This document shows, piece after piece, positions 23,424 to 35,201 of a stretch of DNA of 64,000 nt. Origin of the DNA: Marsupella aquatica (lineage: Eukaryota > Plantae > Marchantiophyta); NCBI GenBank assembly GCA_973895155.1, contig OZ316896.1:11420730-11484729 (forward strand), given 5' to 3'. Every line of letters starts with the position of its first letter. The first letter of the stretch is position 1. Below the pieces are notes generated by a model, which was not told where the DNA came from, made no database searches, and saw nothing but the letters and a program-made list of their open reading frames with translations. A program made the translations under genes and the position numbers.

Positions 23424-26400
23424 ACAGTGGCGGTTTAAATCACAACTGCCTCCATATATGAAGGGAAGTGTCCATGACTTGTCCCTTTTTCACATTCCAT
23501 TCACTTCTCTCCTCTAAGGTGCGCCACTCTTTTGGGAATATTTTACAGTTAAGAGTGAATTTTTGACCCTGTGGATAACCCATCGCTCTTGAAGGGCAAC
23601 TGTAGTATAAAAAAATATTCTAAGCATCCTGGTGTAAACACTGACTTTTCAGTATATGCATTATTTTAAAATAGAAACAGGAGAACAGATCTAGCTCCAA
23701 TCTAATACTCCTCTAACTAATAAAGAGCAATGAAAAGCTATTTCCTGGCCCTACTATACACATAATTGACCACGACTTTACCTCAGGACATAACTGAAAG
23801 TGTTTAGTGGGTTCATCTCTATTTATGTTCAGGTAATCAAGTCAGTTTGATCTGAGTTGGATAATACTGATGAGTCCACAAGTTATGTACTGTAGCGTTC
23901 ATAACTATCCATACGAGAATTGGATTGAGGCCTCCCTGATTCCATTGAAGTCAAGGGATGGGATTCCATTGAAGTCAAGGTAAAAGGCATAAAAAAATTA
24001 AAGAAACCTGATGGTGGATCATGATGTTGACTTTGAGTTGAAATTTTCAGTCACCATTGATTTCATGCACTGGAACCTCTGTTTCTTTAACTACTCTTTT
24101 GAGTTTTGAAAGCTGTTTGATGTACGTGTAAATTGCTCCACCAGGTATGACCTCTAGGGGAACTTTAGAAGAAGTCCACTGCAAGCGGACTCAATTTAAT
24201 CAGGGTTACAAGTCCACCCAGGTTTTCTTGTATGACTAGTCCTCTAGGCCTCACCAATGCACGAAAACCAAAATAGTGGGGCTGACTTCTTCTATAGAGG
24301 GGACTGCCTGGGGACTTCCCACCTTAGTGGCTTGAAACAAGGGGCCTGTGGGAGCTCATTGTGGGCACTGATCAAGCACGACATTAATCAGCAGCCAATG
24401 CACCTACTGGGAATATCAACTTCAGGACACCCACCACACAGAATGACGAAAAACAGGGGGGACAAACCACATCAGCAGAAAACTCCCTGGAATTGGTTGC
24501 CATGTAGGTTCAGTCGTTCCAAGAACAAAAGTTGCAGTGACACTTTCTAAAGCAAACTTAGCCCAGATCAGTGTGAACCAACAGTGTGAACCAACAGTGG
24601 AGATTCATTTCATGGGAGAAAAAAGATGCATAAACTGTTGCGGAAATCTTCTAAAATGCCCTGGTTATTTTTCTTGAGCAATTGGAAGTCTTTGGAATTA
24701 TCCACTCAACTAAAGTCCCAACAGTAGACATGAGGCTCACATCATGACCAGCAGATGAATGTCATCATTCTGTGGCATCCGAGTAATCTCTATATGAGAT
24801 AAGTTAATTATCTTGTACCAACCATATGAATATTCTAATAACCAATAGTCTAGTAGTTTATCCCCTTTCTGTATTGTATCATCCAGTACTGGAAGCTTTA
24901 CAATTGCTGCGGGCTCCCCTATCAGATTGACAGAATATGGCAAAACAATCAAAGTGAGATAAATTTGGTGCATAGTCAGATATGTCATTCCCAAGTCGGA
25001 ATTGGGAACAAAGTTTGGGATGGTGTATCTGCCTAAGTATAGCAATCACTAAATCAAAATGACAAAATGTTTTCAGTTGCTCGCGGGTGAGCTTTTATAT
25101 AATCAATAAAGTAGATAGTTTACCACCATCTATAGTGGGAGAAACTACGATTGGCTTCAGCAAGCTTCTTTCTTCTCTCCTGTTTCATTCGCATCGCAAA
25201 TGAAGGCCGAAAGGGAGGAAAGGGTCCGATGAAATAAAACAAACAAAAAATATTTCTTACAAGTAAATGTAATGAGCGGGCAGTGTTCTGTTAGATGAAC
25301 TCAGCTGAAAGCCAAAGCAAAACATATAGTATTCAGATTAAAAACCACACCTAAAGGTTATCCATCTCACTCCTGAGGACTTATAGCTCAGGTTCTGCAC
25401 CTTGAATCCAGCCACACACATCATGTAACACGTTTGCCCCTCTTCTATGGGAGTCCAAAATTCGTATTTCTTAGAGTTGTTTTAGTAAAGCGGTTGGGTT
25501 TTGAGAAATTACAGGAAATTACCTTGACACTGTTTGCCCTACTTTATAATTTTCTTTAGAGCCTAATGAACATGGGAAAAGAAGTGGGCTAATAGTCCAA
25601 AAGTTTTATTATTCTTTGGAAATGAGTGGTCTGGGATTTCATATGGCAAATTATACAATTGCATAATTATCACTAAAGCCAATCCGATAGAAGATAACAA
25701 TAGAAGTTACAATTGAGGAAACTGGTTTGGTGATGTAATTGAAACGGGCTACAAACAATAAGGAGTTAGTTTAGAGCTCACATTTCAGTCAAGCAATAAG
25801 GAGATAGTTTAGAGCTCACATTTCAGTCAAAAATGTAAATAGTCCGGGCTTTAGTTTCAGGTTTTAAACCGGGTCCTAGGATCGTGAATTAATGAAATGA
25901 CACTAGTATTCAAAAATTCACTCAAAGAAATGATATCCTTACTCATATTATATTGTATTCTATTCTATCTATCCATGTGCAATGAATACTAAATTAAACA
26001 AGAATTATCAAAAATATGATTATTATGCTCTTTGGTGTATGATCGTGGACTCTATTCGAACTCAATACTTTAACACATCACAAAAATAATCTAACAAGCG
26101 ATAACCTTTCCTGTATAATATTGTGCTGTCGCTACATGGGAATCCGTGATCTGTATATGAATTCCTTCGTCGAACTGCGAGATTTCGGCTATGTCGTGCG
26201 ACACATTTCCTCAGAAAACCTGCCTTTCGCACCTCCCAAGTTCTCGCCATCCATGCAGGACGGTGCCAGCTCTTCCTTCCATAGAACTTTCGCTCATCAG
26301 TCACTCGTCTCCTCATCTCCCCATCTCATCACCACCCTCGGCGGCTCGAATGGTGTCTCTGATATTCGAGCAGTGAGTTGCTTTGAGCAATGGCCGCCGA

Positions 26401-27152
26401 CATTGTCGTTCCTGAAGCGAAGCACTGAAGCAGGTGCTGTACTTCCTGGAAAGGACAGGGATCGATGATGAATATGGAATCTGTCTGGGTCAGGCCAGGA
26501 TGCTTCGTGTTGCGGCAATTGCTCCTCACTACTGGTGCCTTGCTGCTGCTGCTTGCCTGCAAATCAATCTCAAACCACCACCATAACTCCGCTTGTCAGG
26601 GTCGAGAAGAACCCGACCGATGAAGTTGTCGTTCCGGTATCATCAGTAGCTAGTCTGCCGGAGTCAGAGGACAAAACTCCGCTTTACATTATTAGAGTGC
26701 CACCAGTGACAAATGATTTTGAGACAACTTTTCCATCGTCATGAGGACGTTCAGGCTGCCTCGCGGTTGATGTTATTAGTCGAGTAGCTAGTCAACTATT
26801 AAGACTCTGGACCCACGTAGCTGGTCGATTGATTCATTCAATCGATTGATTCATTCAATCAATGCTGGGCACAGAATGCACTCGATCTGTAGCTGGACCT
26901 TTCCTTATTCCAGCCGTGGACAATCTGACTCAAGGAGTCGTTTGCAATAACGAAAAGCCACTCGATTGTTGTGACAACCTGATGACACGCCGCTCATTCT
27001 CGAGGAACATATCTGCTGGCCATTCACTGGAGATCGACTTCATTTGCAGAAATCGTCAAGGTTGACTCGAAATTTTGTAGGACGGTGGAAAAGAATTAAG
27101 ATTTATCAACCGGCAAAGATCTTCGGTGGATTCTCTTATGTAATATCGAGTA

Positions 27153-28649
27153 ATGGAGGCTGTGTCACGGCGATGTTCAGTCTGGATGTCTACATCTGGC
27201 CATGGGCGTGTTGTCGAGGTGATCTGCTTATGCATTGTCACATTGCTGTTGCAATTGACGATTTCGGCAGCGAGTCATGTTGGTTCTGGTACTAGCATGA
27301 AGGCCGAGCTCTTCCACCGAGATCATCCGTCTTCTCGCCTGCAATCAACGATATCTCTCAGCTACGCAGAAAAGCTGGAAAATGATATTAAACGATCAGC
27401 TGACCGCGCGAGAGCTCTCGTTAATAAGAGAAGGGTTCTCGCCAGTCAACCTAGTTTTGCGGCTGCGAATGGATCCACCACTTTGCAGATGACCTTAAAT
27501 GATGCTGCAGTCGCGGAGTACGTGATGAGCATCTCCATCGGAACACCGCCTCAAAATTTCGTGGCCGTCGCTGACACTGCCAGCGACCTGACTTGGTTGC
27601 AATGCAAACATTGCCGAAGTTGCTTCACGCAGCCAGATCCATTCTTCGATCCAGCTCGGTCCTCCACTTATCGACGTCTCAACTGCTCCTCCACGGGCTG
27701 CTCCTCGTTCATGTCGCAGTATGGATCGTCTGTCGAGACTTGCGCCTATAGTGGGGCGACGTGCAAGTATTCTTACTTTTACGGTGACATGTCCAACACA
27801 ACCGGTACTTTCTCGTCAGACACGCTCACTCTGCAGAGCACGAGTGGCGAGAATGTTTCTGTACCTCATTTCTGGTTCGGTTGCTCGTATGCAAGTTTCA
27901 GTCCCTCGGCTTTGTTTGATGCCACTGATGGAATGATAGGGCTGGGACAAGGATTAATCTCCTTCCCCTCTCAGCTCGGTGATGTCTTCGAGGATAAATT
28001 CTCGTACTGCTTGGTGAATAGATCCTTGGCCGCGGTCCAATCGAGCCCGCTCTTGTTCGGGACTGATGCTGTGCCGGACCTACATTTGCAGTATACACCC
28101 ATTCGATGCAATGAGCTTTACCCATACTACTACTATATCACCCTGGAGGGCATTTCCGTCGGAGGAGCTGAAGTGAATTGCAATTGGACTGCTATAGACA
28201 TTGATCCAGCCGGGTATGGGGGAACAATCATCGATTCAGGTACCACATACAGCTCTCTGGATCCTGTGGCCTTCACTCCCCTGTTGGAGACAATCGTGTC
28301 ACAATTCCCCTCAAGTTACGAGAGAGTCTTTCTCCCTGCGAGCCTTGCATACCTCGAGTTGTGCTACGATGTCACGGCGCAACCGAATTTTGGATACGAT
28401 TTGCCTCCTATTAGCCTCCGCTTGGCGAACCATACTAGCTGGAACCTAGCGCCGGAAAACGCATGGCTGCTCTTTCCAGACACTCCTGTGCTAGGGAATT
28501 TTACCATCTGCTTGTCCATTCTGAGAGGGTTGCCGGGGGCGTTCTCCATCATCGGCAGTACTCAGCAGCAGGACTTCCATGTGTTATACGATCGAGTTCA
28601 CCAAAGGATTGGATTTTCGAAGGCTGATTGCGGCTCCGTGTCGCCATAG
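27153..28649 (+). CDS. Secreted A1-family aspartic protease, nepenthesin-like
   Basis: Hydrophobic signal region, ELFHRDHPSS propeptide, EYVMSISIGTPPQ, catalytic DTAS and DSGT motifs, Cys-rich NAP insert, FSYCL, IIGSTQQQDFHVLYD. The start may be the ATG at 27186. Confidence 0.95.
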   Translation: MEAVSRRCSVWMSTSGHGRVVEVICLCIVTLLLQLTISAASHVGSGTSMKAELFHRDHPSSRLQSTISLSYAEKLENDIKRSADRARALVNKRRVLASQPSFAAANGSTTLQMTLNDAAVAEYVMSISIGTPPQNFVAVADTASDLTWLQCKHCRSCFTQPDPFFDPARSSTYRRLNCSSTGCSSFMSQYGSSVETCAYSGATCKYSYFYGDMSNTTGTFSSDTLTLQSTSGENVSVPHFWFGCSYASFSPSALFDATDGMIGLGQGLISFPSQLGDVFEDKFSYCLVNRSLAAVQSSPLLFGTDAVPDLHLQYTPIRCNELYPYYYYITLEGISVGGAEVNCNWTAIDIDPAGYGGTIIDSGTTYSSLDPVAFTPLLETIVSQFPSSYERVFLPASLAYLELCYDVTAQPNFGYDLPPISLRLANHTSWNLAPENAWLLFPDTPVLGNFTICLSILRGLPGAFSIIGSTQQQDFHVLYDRVHQRIGFSKADCGSVSP

Positions 28650-29002
28650 TTCAGTGCGTCAGACAGCAACGAGTTAGCTCGGTTATGGATCGACGCCGAT
28701 ATTAAGTCTTCAATCCGCATAGCTTTAATTAATTCTCGAAACACTAAATGCTGTAGCTAGCAATTAGTTGGACTCCACGGACTGAACTTTAGGTTCGTCC
28801 GGTCGTCCCACTGGTGTTTTGGATCTCCGTTGTTCGTCTCTCGTATGACGAAGGATCGAGAATGATCGATCTTCGAGAGTTATCTGCGCGTGACCCTTAG
28901 ACGGCCACGGTCGCCTTCGATCAGAACGAGCGAACGCCAATAGCTATGAACAAATTGAGCTAGCTAATGGACGTGGATAAATTACTTTCACAATATAGAA
29001 TC

Positions 29003-29079
29003 ATGGACTCTCAGGTATGTATGTTTTCAGGTGTCCAACTATGGACTCTCAAATATGTATGTTTTCAGGTGTCCAACTA
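29003..29079. repeat. 38-bp tandem duplication
   Basis: atggactctca(gg/aa)tatgtatgttttcaggtgtccaact occurs twice. Confidence 0.8.
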
Positions 29080-31607
29080 GAGTGATGGGTTGAAGATGAG
29101 AGTTCATTCTTGGTGCAAAATCTGGTCCAATAGATTTGTGTGATTCAAGTGTGAATATGTTAGGATCCATACTGAAGCAATATTGACTTGGTTTGGACCC
29201 GTGACTTGTAAGCTGATCATTGTGTCTTCAGTATGAGCAGTAAGTCTGTGATTGCCTTTCAAATGGGGAAAAACGGATTGAATGCCATCATCCGGATTTA
29301 CGGAAGGCGGAATCGGAATTAATGTGACTTTTGAATGGCTTGCAATCCGAGATAGATAATTACTGATTGCGCGTCAATTGTTTTCAAAGGGTGTGTAGTC
29401 AATCGAAACCACTACAATCGACTAAGTTGTGTCGAAGGAGTGATTGGATTGAGGGAACCGATCATGCATGTAAATGTGATGGAGAGGGCCGGGAAGACGT
29501 GGAGATCCCTGGACGCTCGCTGAATAGGTGACTCTAGCGCTGAGGAGCTACTGCAGGACGGGGACGGGTTCAATCAAACACTCATGATTGTTTCAATTCA
29601 CACGTTATGCATGCTGCATTATGAACATCATGGCAGCAGCTCCAACACGAACAAGACAGATCATGCGTCAAATCTACACTCAACTTATTGTCAGAACACT
29701 TGGCGTGCGTCTGTGTGGTTTTATCGCAAATACCTTGTCTTGGTTTGTTTTTTCTGGCGATAGGAAGGTCATGATTACGTGTAGATTTAACACCAGGTAC
29801 AAGAGAGTCTCGTGGACACTGACCGTTGACTACACATATTAGGAACCTGCCATGAACACCTGGGTGCTTTTGACCAATTCAATGTTCTGCGTTGTTGACA
29901 AAATTCTGACTCACAAAAGCTACTCTGTAGCCGTTGGAGCCGCAATCGTACGTCTGCTTTTGTCAGTCCAGTAGTTTTGAGTTTTCCTGAACACAGGACA
30001 CCACGCGAACACACGCATCCGGAAAGATTGTAGGTTGGCGTGGACATAAGCTCGTCGTTTGATGCTCCTCCAATCCATTTCGTGCTCGTCACCAAAATTT
30101 CCAATACTGTACCGTAGATCTAGTCCTTGGGCCTTGAGGCTTCAAGATACAAGTAAACACCGTACTGTAGTTATTATAATGCAATGCAATGGCCATATCC
30201 AAAGCGAGATCCAAAAATCTTTGAATCTTTCCGAAGTCGTACGTCCAGTTGCATGCCCAATTGCGCAACTCAATCTGCATGTCACCTACCCCATTGTACA
30301 TCCACTTCTTTAAACTTCTCATGCGGCCGTCAACTGACTTTTAGTCCTCGATCTCCTGACATGGTTTGACTTTGGCCACGTAGACTTTGGTCTCTCTCTT
30401 CCGTCTTAATAGTATGGGAGGACAAATCCTTTGAGGAGACCAGAGTGAATCATCGTGAGCTGTGATGTCTCGTGATGCAGGTTTTTCCCTTCAGATAAAC
30501 GAGATCCAAGGTCAATCCTAGAAACGGTGAACACAAACAACCACCACCGTCATCATTCTGGACACACACTGGCAGCTGGGACGATCGAGCCGAGTCCAGA
30601 CGACTTGACCCGCTGCTGTTCTGGAGCAACCTGAATTTATTTCGTTCCTCGCTTCTGTTCTAGAGCAACCTGAAATTATTACGTTTCTCACGTTGTCTAC
30701 TCTCACCGGATTTATACTTCTGTCACTTGACAGATCCGATTGTTGCAGCGAAGGCGTACTTCAAAAGCAAAAGAAAACGAAATACAATAAGTGTAAAATT
30801 TAGGCACATGGCAGTCATGGAACTTCTACTGTGACACTGGCAGATGTATGAGTATACAATTCTGTTGCACTGTGAGATAAGGTCTTGTCGAACAACTTTG
30901 ATTTTGATTGTAGCAGCGAAGGCGTACTTCAAGTTCAACTTCAAGTTTTGATTCACGAGACAAAATGTGCAGATTCGTATGGAAGCCGTGGTGATATTGT
31001 GACTCTTTCTGACTTGATATATCAGAAGTGGAGTACGTCGGTGCACGATTGTGCAATCGGGTCAACATAGCATTATTTATCTAGCTAGAGAGGGTCAGTT
31101 AAGGGTGGATTCCACGCGTTTTTCACTGGAAGTTTAAAAGCTACTCTGGTCACCGAACTCCATAACTTGGGAACCTCTAGAACCTCTACATTTTGGGTGT
31201 CTGTCTCAATTAATCAAGTGTTGGGAGAGACATCATTCTATCGTCCTGGGCTGCTATAGATCGATTGCTAACTTTTGTACTGGTCAAAAATTTGTTAGAT
31301 TCCACCTCTAGAAAAATCTTTGCCAATTTGGGGAAAAATTCCCTAGTTTTTCTGTCTTGCATTAGCGACAACATTAGCCACAAACCCCAGTAGCCAAATT
31401 GAATCTAACTGTCATCGTAAGTTTAGGGAGATCTGATGCTAAGAAATTAATCTAGGAAAAATGGATAATGAATATCTTAGCATCTTCTTTTCTTCTTCAC
31501 ACAAGGTGACATTAGTCACAATCACTAATGGAAAAGTAAAACCTTGAAAATTACGCTGTCACCGACAAGGAATTGGGTCTGCAAATTTGCACTAGGTTTA
31601 AGATTCT

Positions 31608-31646
31608 GGGGTTAGGGGTTAGGGGTTAGGTTTAAGATTTAGGGAT
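31608..31646. repeat. Short interstitial telomere-like tract
   Basis: GGGGTTA three times, followed by degenerate GGTTTAAGATTTAGGG. Confidence 0.5.
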
Positions 31647-32844
31647 TTTAAATTAGGCAGAGAGCATTAAACAAGGGTCATAATGCGCACAGCAGGAGAC
31701 CTAGGAATTCATAAATATTTCCACCACCCACACATATACTCGATCTACACCAGTGTGCACACAGAGGGGATTGAGCCTCAGACCTCTCAATTCAACCTCA
31801 TCCCCAGGCAAGCTGACCCTAAGGGTTGCATTACAGATGTCATAGACCCTTGTGCCTTTTTCTGTCGCCAAAACAAACTGGAGGGCCAATCTTGTTCTAA
31901 AGATAAACTCCAGGCCGAAACTCTCTTAAAATGAAGTTCAATAAATGCATAGTCCTAGTGTGAAGGAGCCAAAGTTTGGAAATTCTACCAGGCTTTCACG
32001 TAAGACTCATTTTGTTTTTTGGGGATGATATATTAAATAAGCAGTCCACGCCAGCATTTGCTTGTTGCCATCTAGAATTGGCAAAGGCTATACGTGACTG
32101 GGTCCCCGAGCTTTTGTGAGGCTGATAATTGCATCCATTTCCACCCAATATTTATATATGCTAGCCTGTATACCCCAGCTTTGCTCATACATAGATTGTA
32201 CATGCATACCATCATGTCCATTTCCAGTTTTACTCCCAGCTGCAAAAGATGTGCTGCAAAGTGGCAGTTAGAGGCTTTGTTTTAGACCACAGGCCTTTAC
32301 CCTAGCTTTCAATAGAATATGGTCTGCAAGCTTCACTCTATACTGCAGGCCATATTCTAGTTTTCGGTCACACTTTATTAAATAGATTGTTCATATTTAA
32401 TAATCTCAGACCCTCAGATTTAGGGTGCATGGGCTTTTCAACCTCTTATGTTCCTACACTCTCTCACCCCTCTGTATTCATGGACACTTGTCACCATTCC
32501 ACTTCGCCCCACCTGTCTGGCCTTGTTTGTAACAGAGTTTGTTTGTGGCCTTGTTAATCTAGCCAGTTCCCTCCCAGCCACAAGGTTAGCCCAATTAGAA
32601 TCTGACAGTTATCCTTAAAGCGCCATTGTCTATGACAAAACTTGGATCCACTAGGTTTCACCATTTTTAGCACCTATTTCTTGAAGTTGTGGAGCAAAGT
32701 CTCACCTTAGAGGAGAAAAATGTGAGAAAGTGAGAAATCTTGGACCCTGATACTTTTATATGGACAGTGGTGGTTTAAATCAAGATCTAGGGTTAACATT
32801 TATTACTTTGGAAAAATTAATGAAACAATATTCTTAGCATCTTC

Positions 32845-32918
32845 TCCTTCAATCCAGTTATCAATAACTGGATTGGCTATTGATAACTGGATTGGCTATA
32901 GATAACTGGATTGAAGGA
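32845..32918. repeat. 74-bp mini-foldback with perfect 18-bp terminal inverted repeats
   Basis: TCCTTCAATCCAGTTATC ... GATAACTGGATTGAAGGA, with internal direct copies of ataactggattggctat. Confidence 0.8.
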
Positions 32919-35201
32919 ATCATGATAGCCAACCATGTGGTTGGGTTGACCACACTCTAAACATTACAATATGCAATCTGGCTCTTTCTTTCTTGTGGTC
33001 TCTCTAAGAAATGTCATTATGACAAGAAGCTTCCCTGGCAGTTGGACTCTGGTGACTTTTTTTTCTAACCAGGAGATGGGCCTGAAGATACCATTCTGCA
33101 CCTTTTCCGCACCCCGCCCTCGTCCCCCAACTCACACACTCCTTTGAATGTAGTTCCCAAGCTGCCTCGCCGCCTGCCCTGGGGTCTTTGCTCTAGAAAG
33201 TTTTGATGACAGAAAATTATTTATAAGATGAAATGACCTTTAAACAAGGTTTATCATTGTATGAAATTATTACTAAGATGAAATGCCCTGCAGGTAATCA
33301 CACATCAAAATGTGGTTGCATTCATTGATTCAAAGAAAAAAACTAGGATTATCAAGGTATGCAAGGGTGCCATACATAATATATGTCATATTTTGATGTG
33401 CAATTACTTAAACCCGATGAAATGACCTTTAAACAAAACAAAATAATTAGGTTTATCCTTATATGAAGTGACATGGTACGCAGTCCATTACCACATTTTC
33501 ATGTGCAATTTACTTGGAGTGTACAATTTTGGACACTTGTCACCATTCCACCAGCCCCACCTGCCTGGCCTTGTTCCTAGTTTGTACCCCTGTCTCCTCC
33601 TCCGGCATGGAACACTGTTTCTCATTCCAAAGCCCCAGTGAACCACGTACGTACAGTACGCAGTAACACAACTATCGTACAGGTCCAATAAGGCATGTCA
33701 AAGCACAGATGTCACCGCTTAGGATATAAAACTCTGTTAGAATCAGGACAAAATCACTATGGGCATAATTACCTCATAAAGACTAGAAGTCCAAAGAAAT
33801 TAAGCCTAACTTTGGTTAACTTTCACACACCTTAGTACACTTGCGTCTTAATAACATTTATAACATTAATAACAGAGTACCATAGTAGCGGATGGCAATG
33901 TCGACTGCGCTGCTCTAATAAATGATGACCACAGTACATCAGAGTACTATGGAGCTGCTGACTATGAAGTGCGGCTCTGTGCAGACCTTTCGCTTTGCTT
34001 TGCATCTTTGCCTTTCGCTCTATCTACAGCCTGAACTGAAACTGGTGGTTCTCTCAGAGTCTTTACTCTAATGGTACACAAGTTTTACTTTGATAGAATA
34101 ATGGGATCCTCCGTCAAACCTAGATCTCTCTTCTTGATTCGGTCGCTGCATTTTCGCTCCACCCTGAGCTGAACCTGATACCTGATGGTTCTCTCATTCT
34201 CACAGTGTTGGGATATGAATTTTGGGTTGAAAGGATGAATCTTTCTTCGGACTCAGATCTCTCCTCCTGATTCTGGCACTGAATTTCTCTCCAATGTGAC
34301 TTGAACCTGACGATACTCTGATTGTTACCCTGTTCGTTGATCAATCTTGCGTTGATAGCTTGGGTCTTTCTTCCTGATTCTGTCGCTCATTTTTTCTGCC
34401 CTGCGTGAGCTGAAACTGATGGTTCGCTGATAATAGCAGCCTGTTAGTTTATACGAAGAATGGAGTGGAGAGGTTGGACCCTTCCTCACTGGGTATCTCT
34501 TCTTTATTCTGTAGCCAGACTGGTCTCTCCAGCGTGACCTGGACTTCATGGTTCTCTCATTCTTGCCGTGCTAGGATATGCATTTTGCTTTGAAAGGATG
34601 GAGAAAGGAAGCGAGACCTGATTCTGTCGCTCAATTGTCCGGGCCATAAGGAGACGAAGTGGAGCATCAGCAGAAACAGAGCCCGCGCATGCTCCTGAGT
34701 TGAAGCTACAGAACGGTAAGTGCAGGAGCGTTACCTCTCGCTGTGCTCTCTCCAATTCGTTTGAGTGGTCAATTCGTTCGTAACTGTAGTACATGGAACC
34801 ATTTTGTTAAAGCTCCGCAGAGCAATCTTACCTCAATTAACGAACACTCTGTCTCGTGCAAGTCATTCGCAACTAGGTCGAACCGTTTCCTCAAGCTCTT
34901 GCCAAGAAATCTTAGCTCTAGTAACACTTTGTCTCATTTTCGTTCAGCTACTTGGCAAAGCTTAGCACAGAAATGTTAGCTTTGTTTACAAGATTTCGGT
35001 CTGTGCACGTGGCTTTTCGAGCATTGAGTGATCTTTGAATTTGACGCACCACAAGTTCTGCAATGGTGGCTCCTGCAGTTGAGTTCGCTCGGGAATGTAG
35101 AACGCCGGTGTGAATTGGAGGAATTCGAAGCGTGAAGAGGACGAGGAAGAGAGAGGAGCTTACGAAAGGTAGGAGGGGTTTTGAGTGGTGGGCTTGCGAT
35201 C

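Noticed and set aside
27573-27584. DTAS instead of DTGS in the aspartic protease as a sign of inactivity
   Set aside because: The catalytic Asp is retained, and DTAS variants occur in plant atypical aspartic proteases.
31740-31810. Possible tRNA-derived SINE B-box
   Set aside because: The match is weak, and no A-box, tail or TSD was identified.
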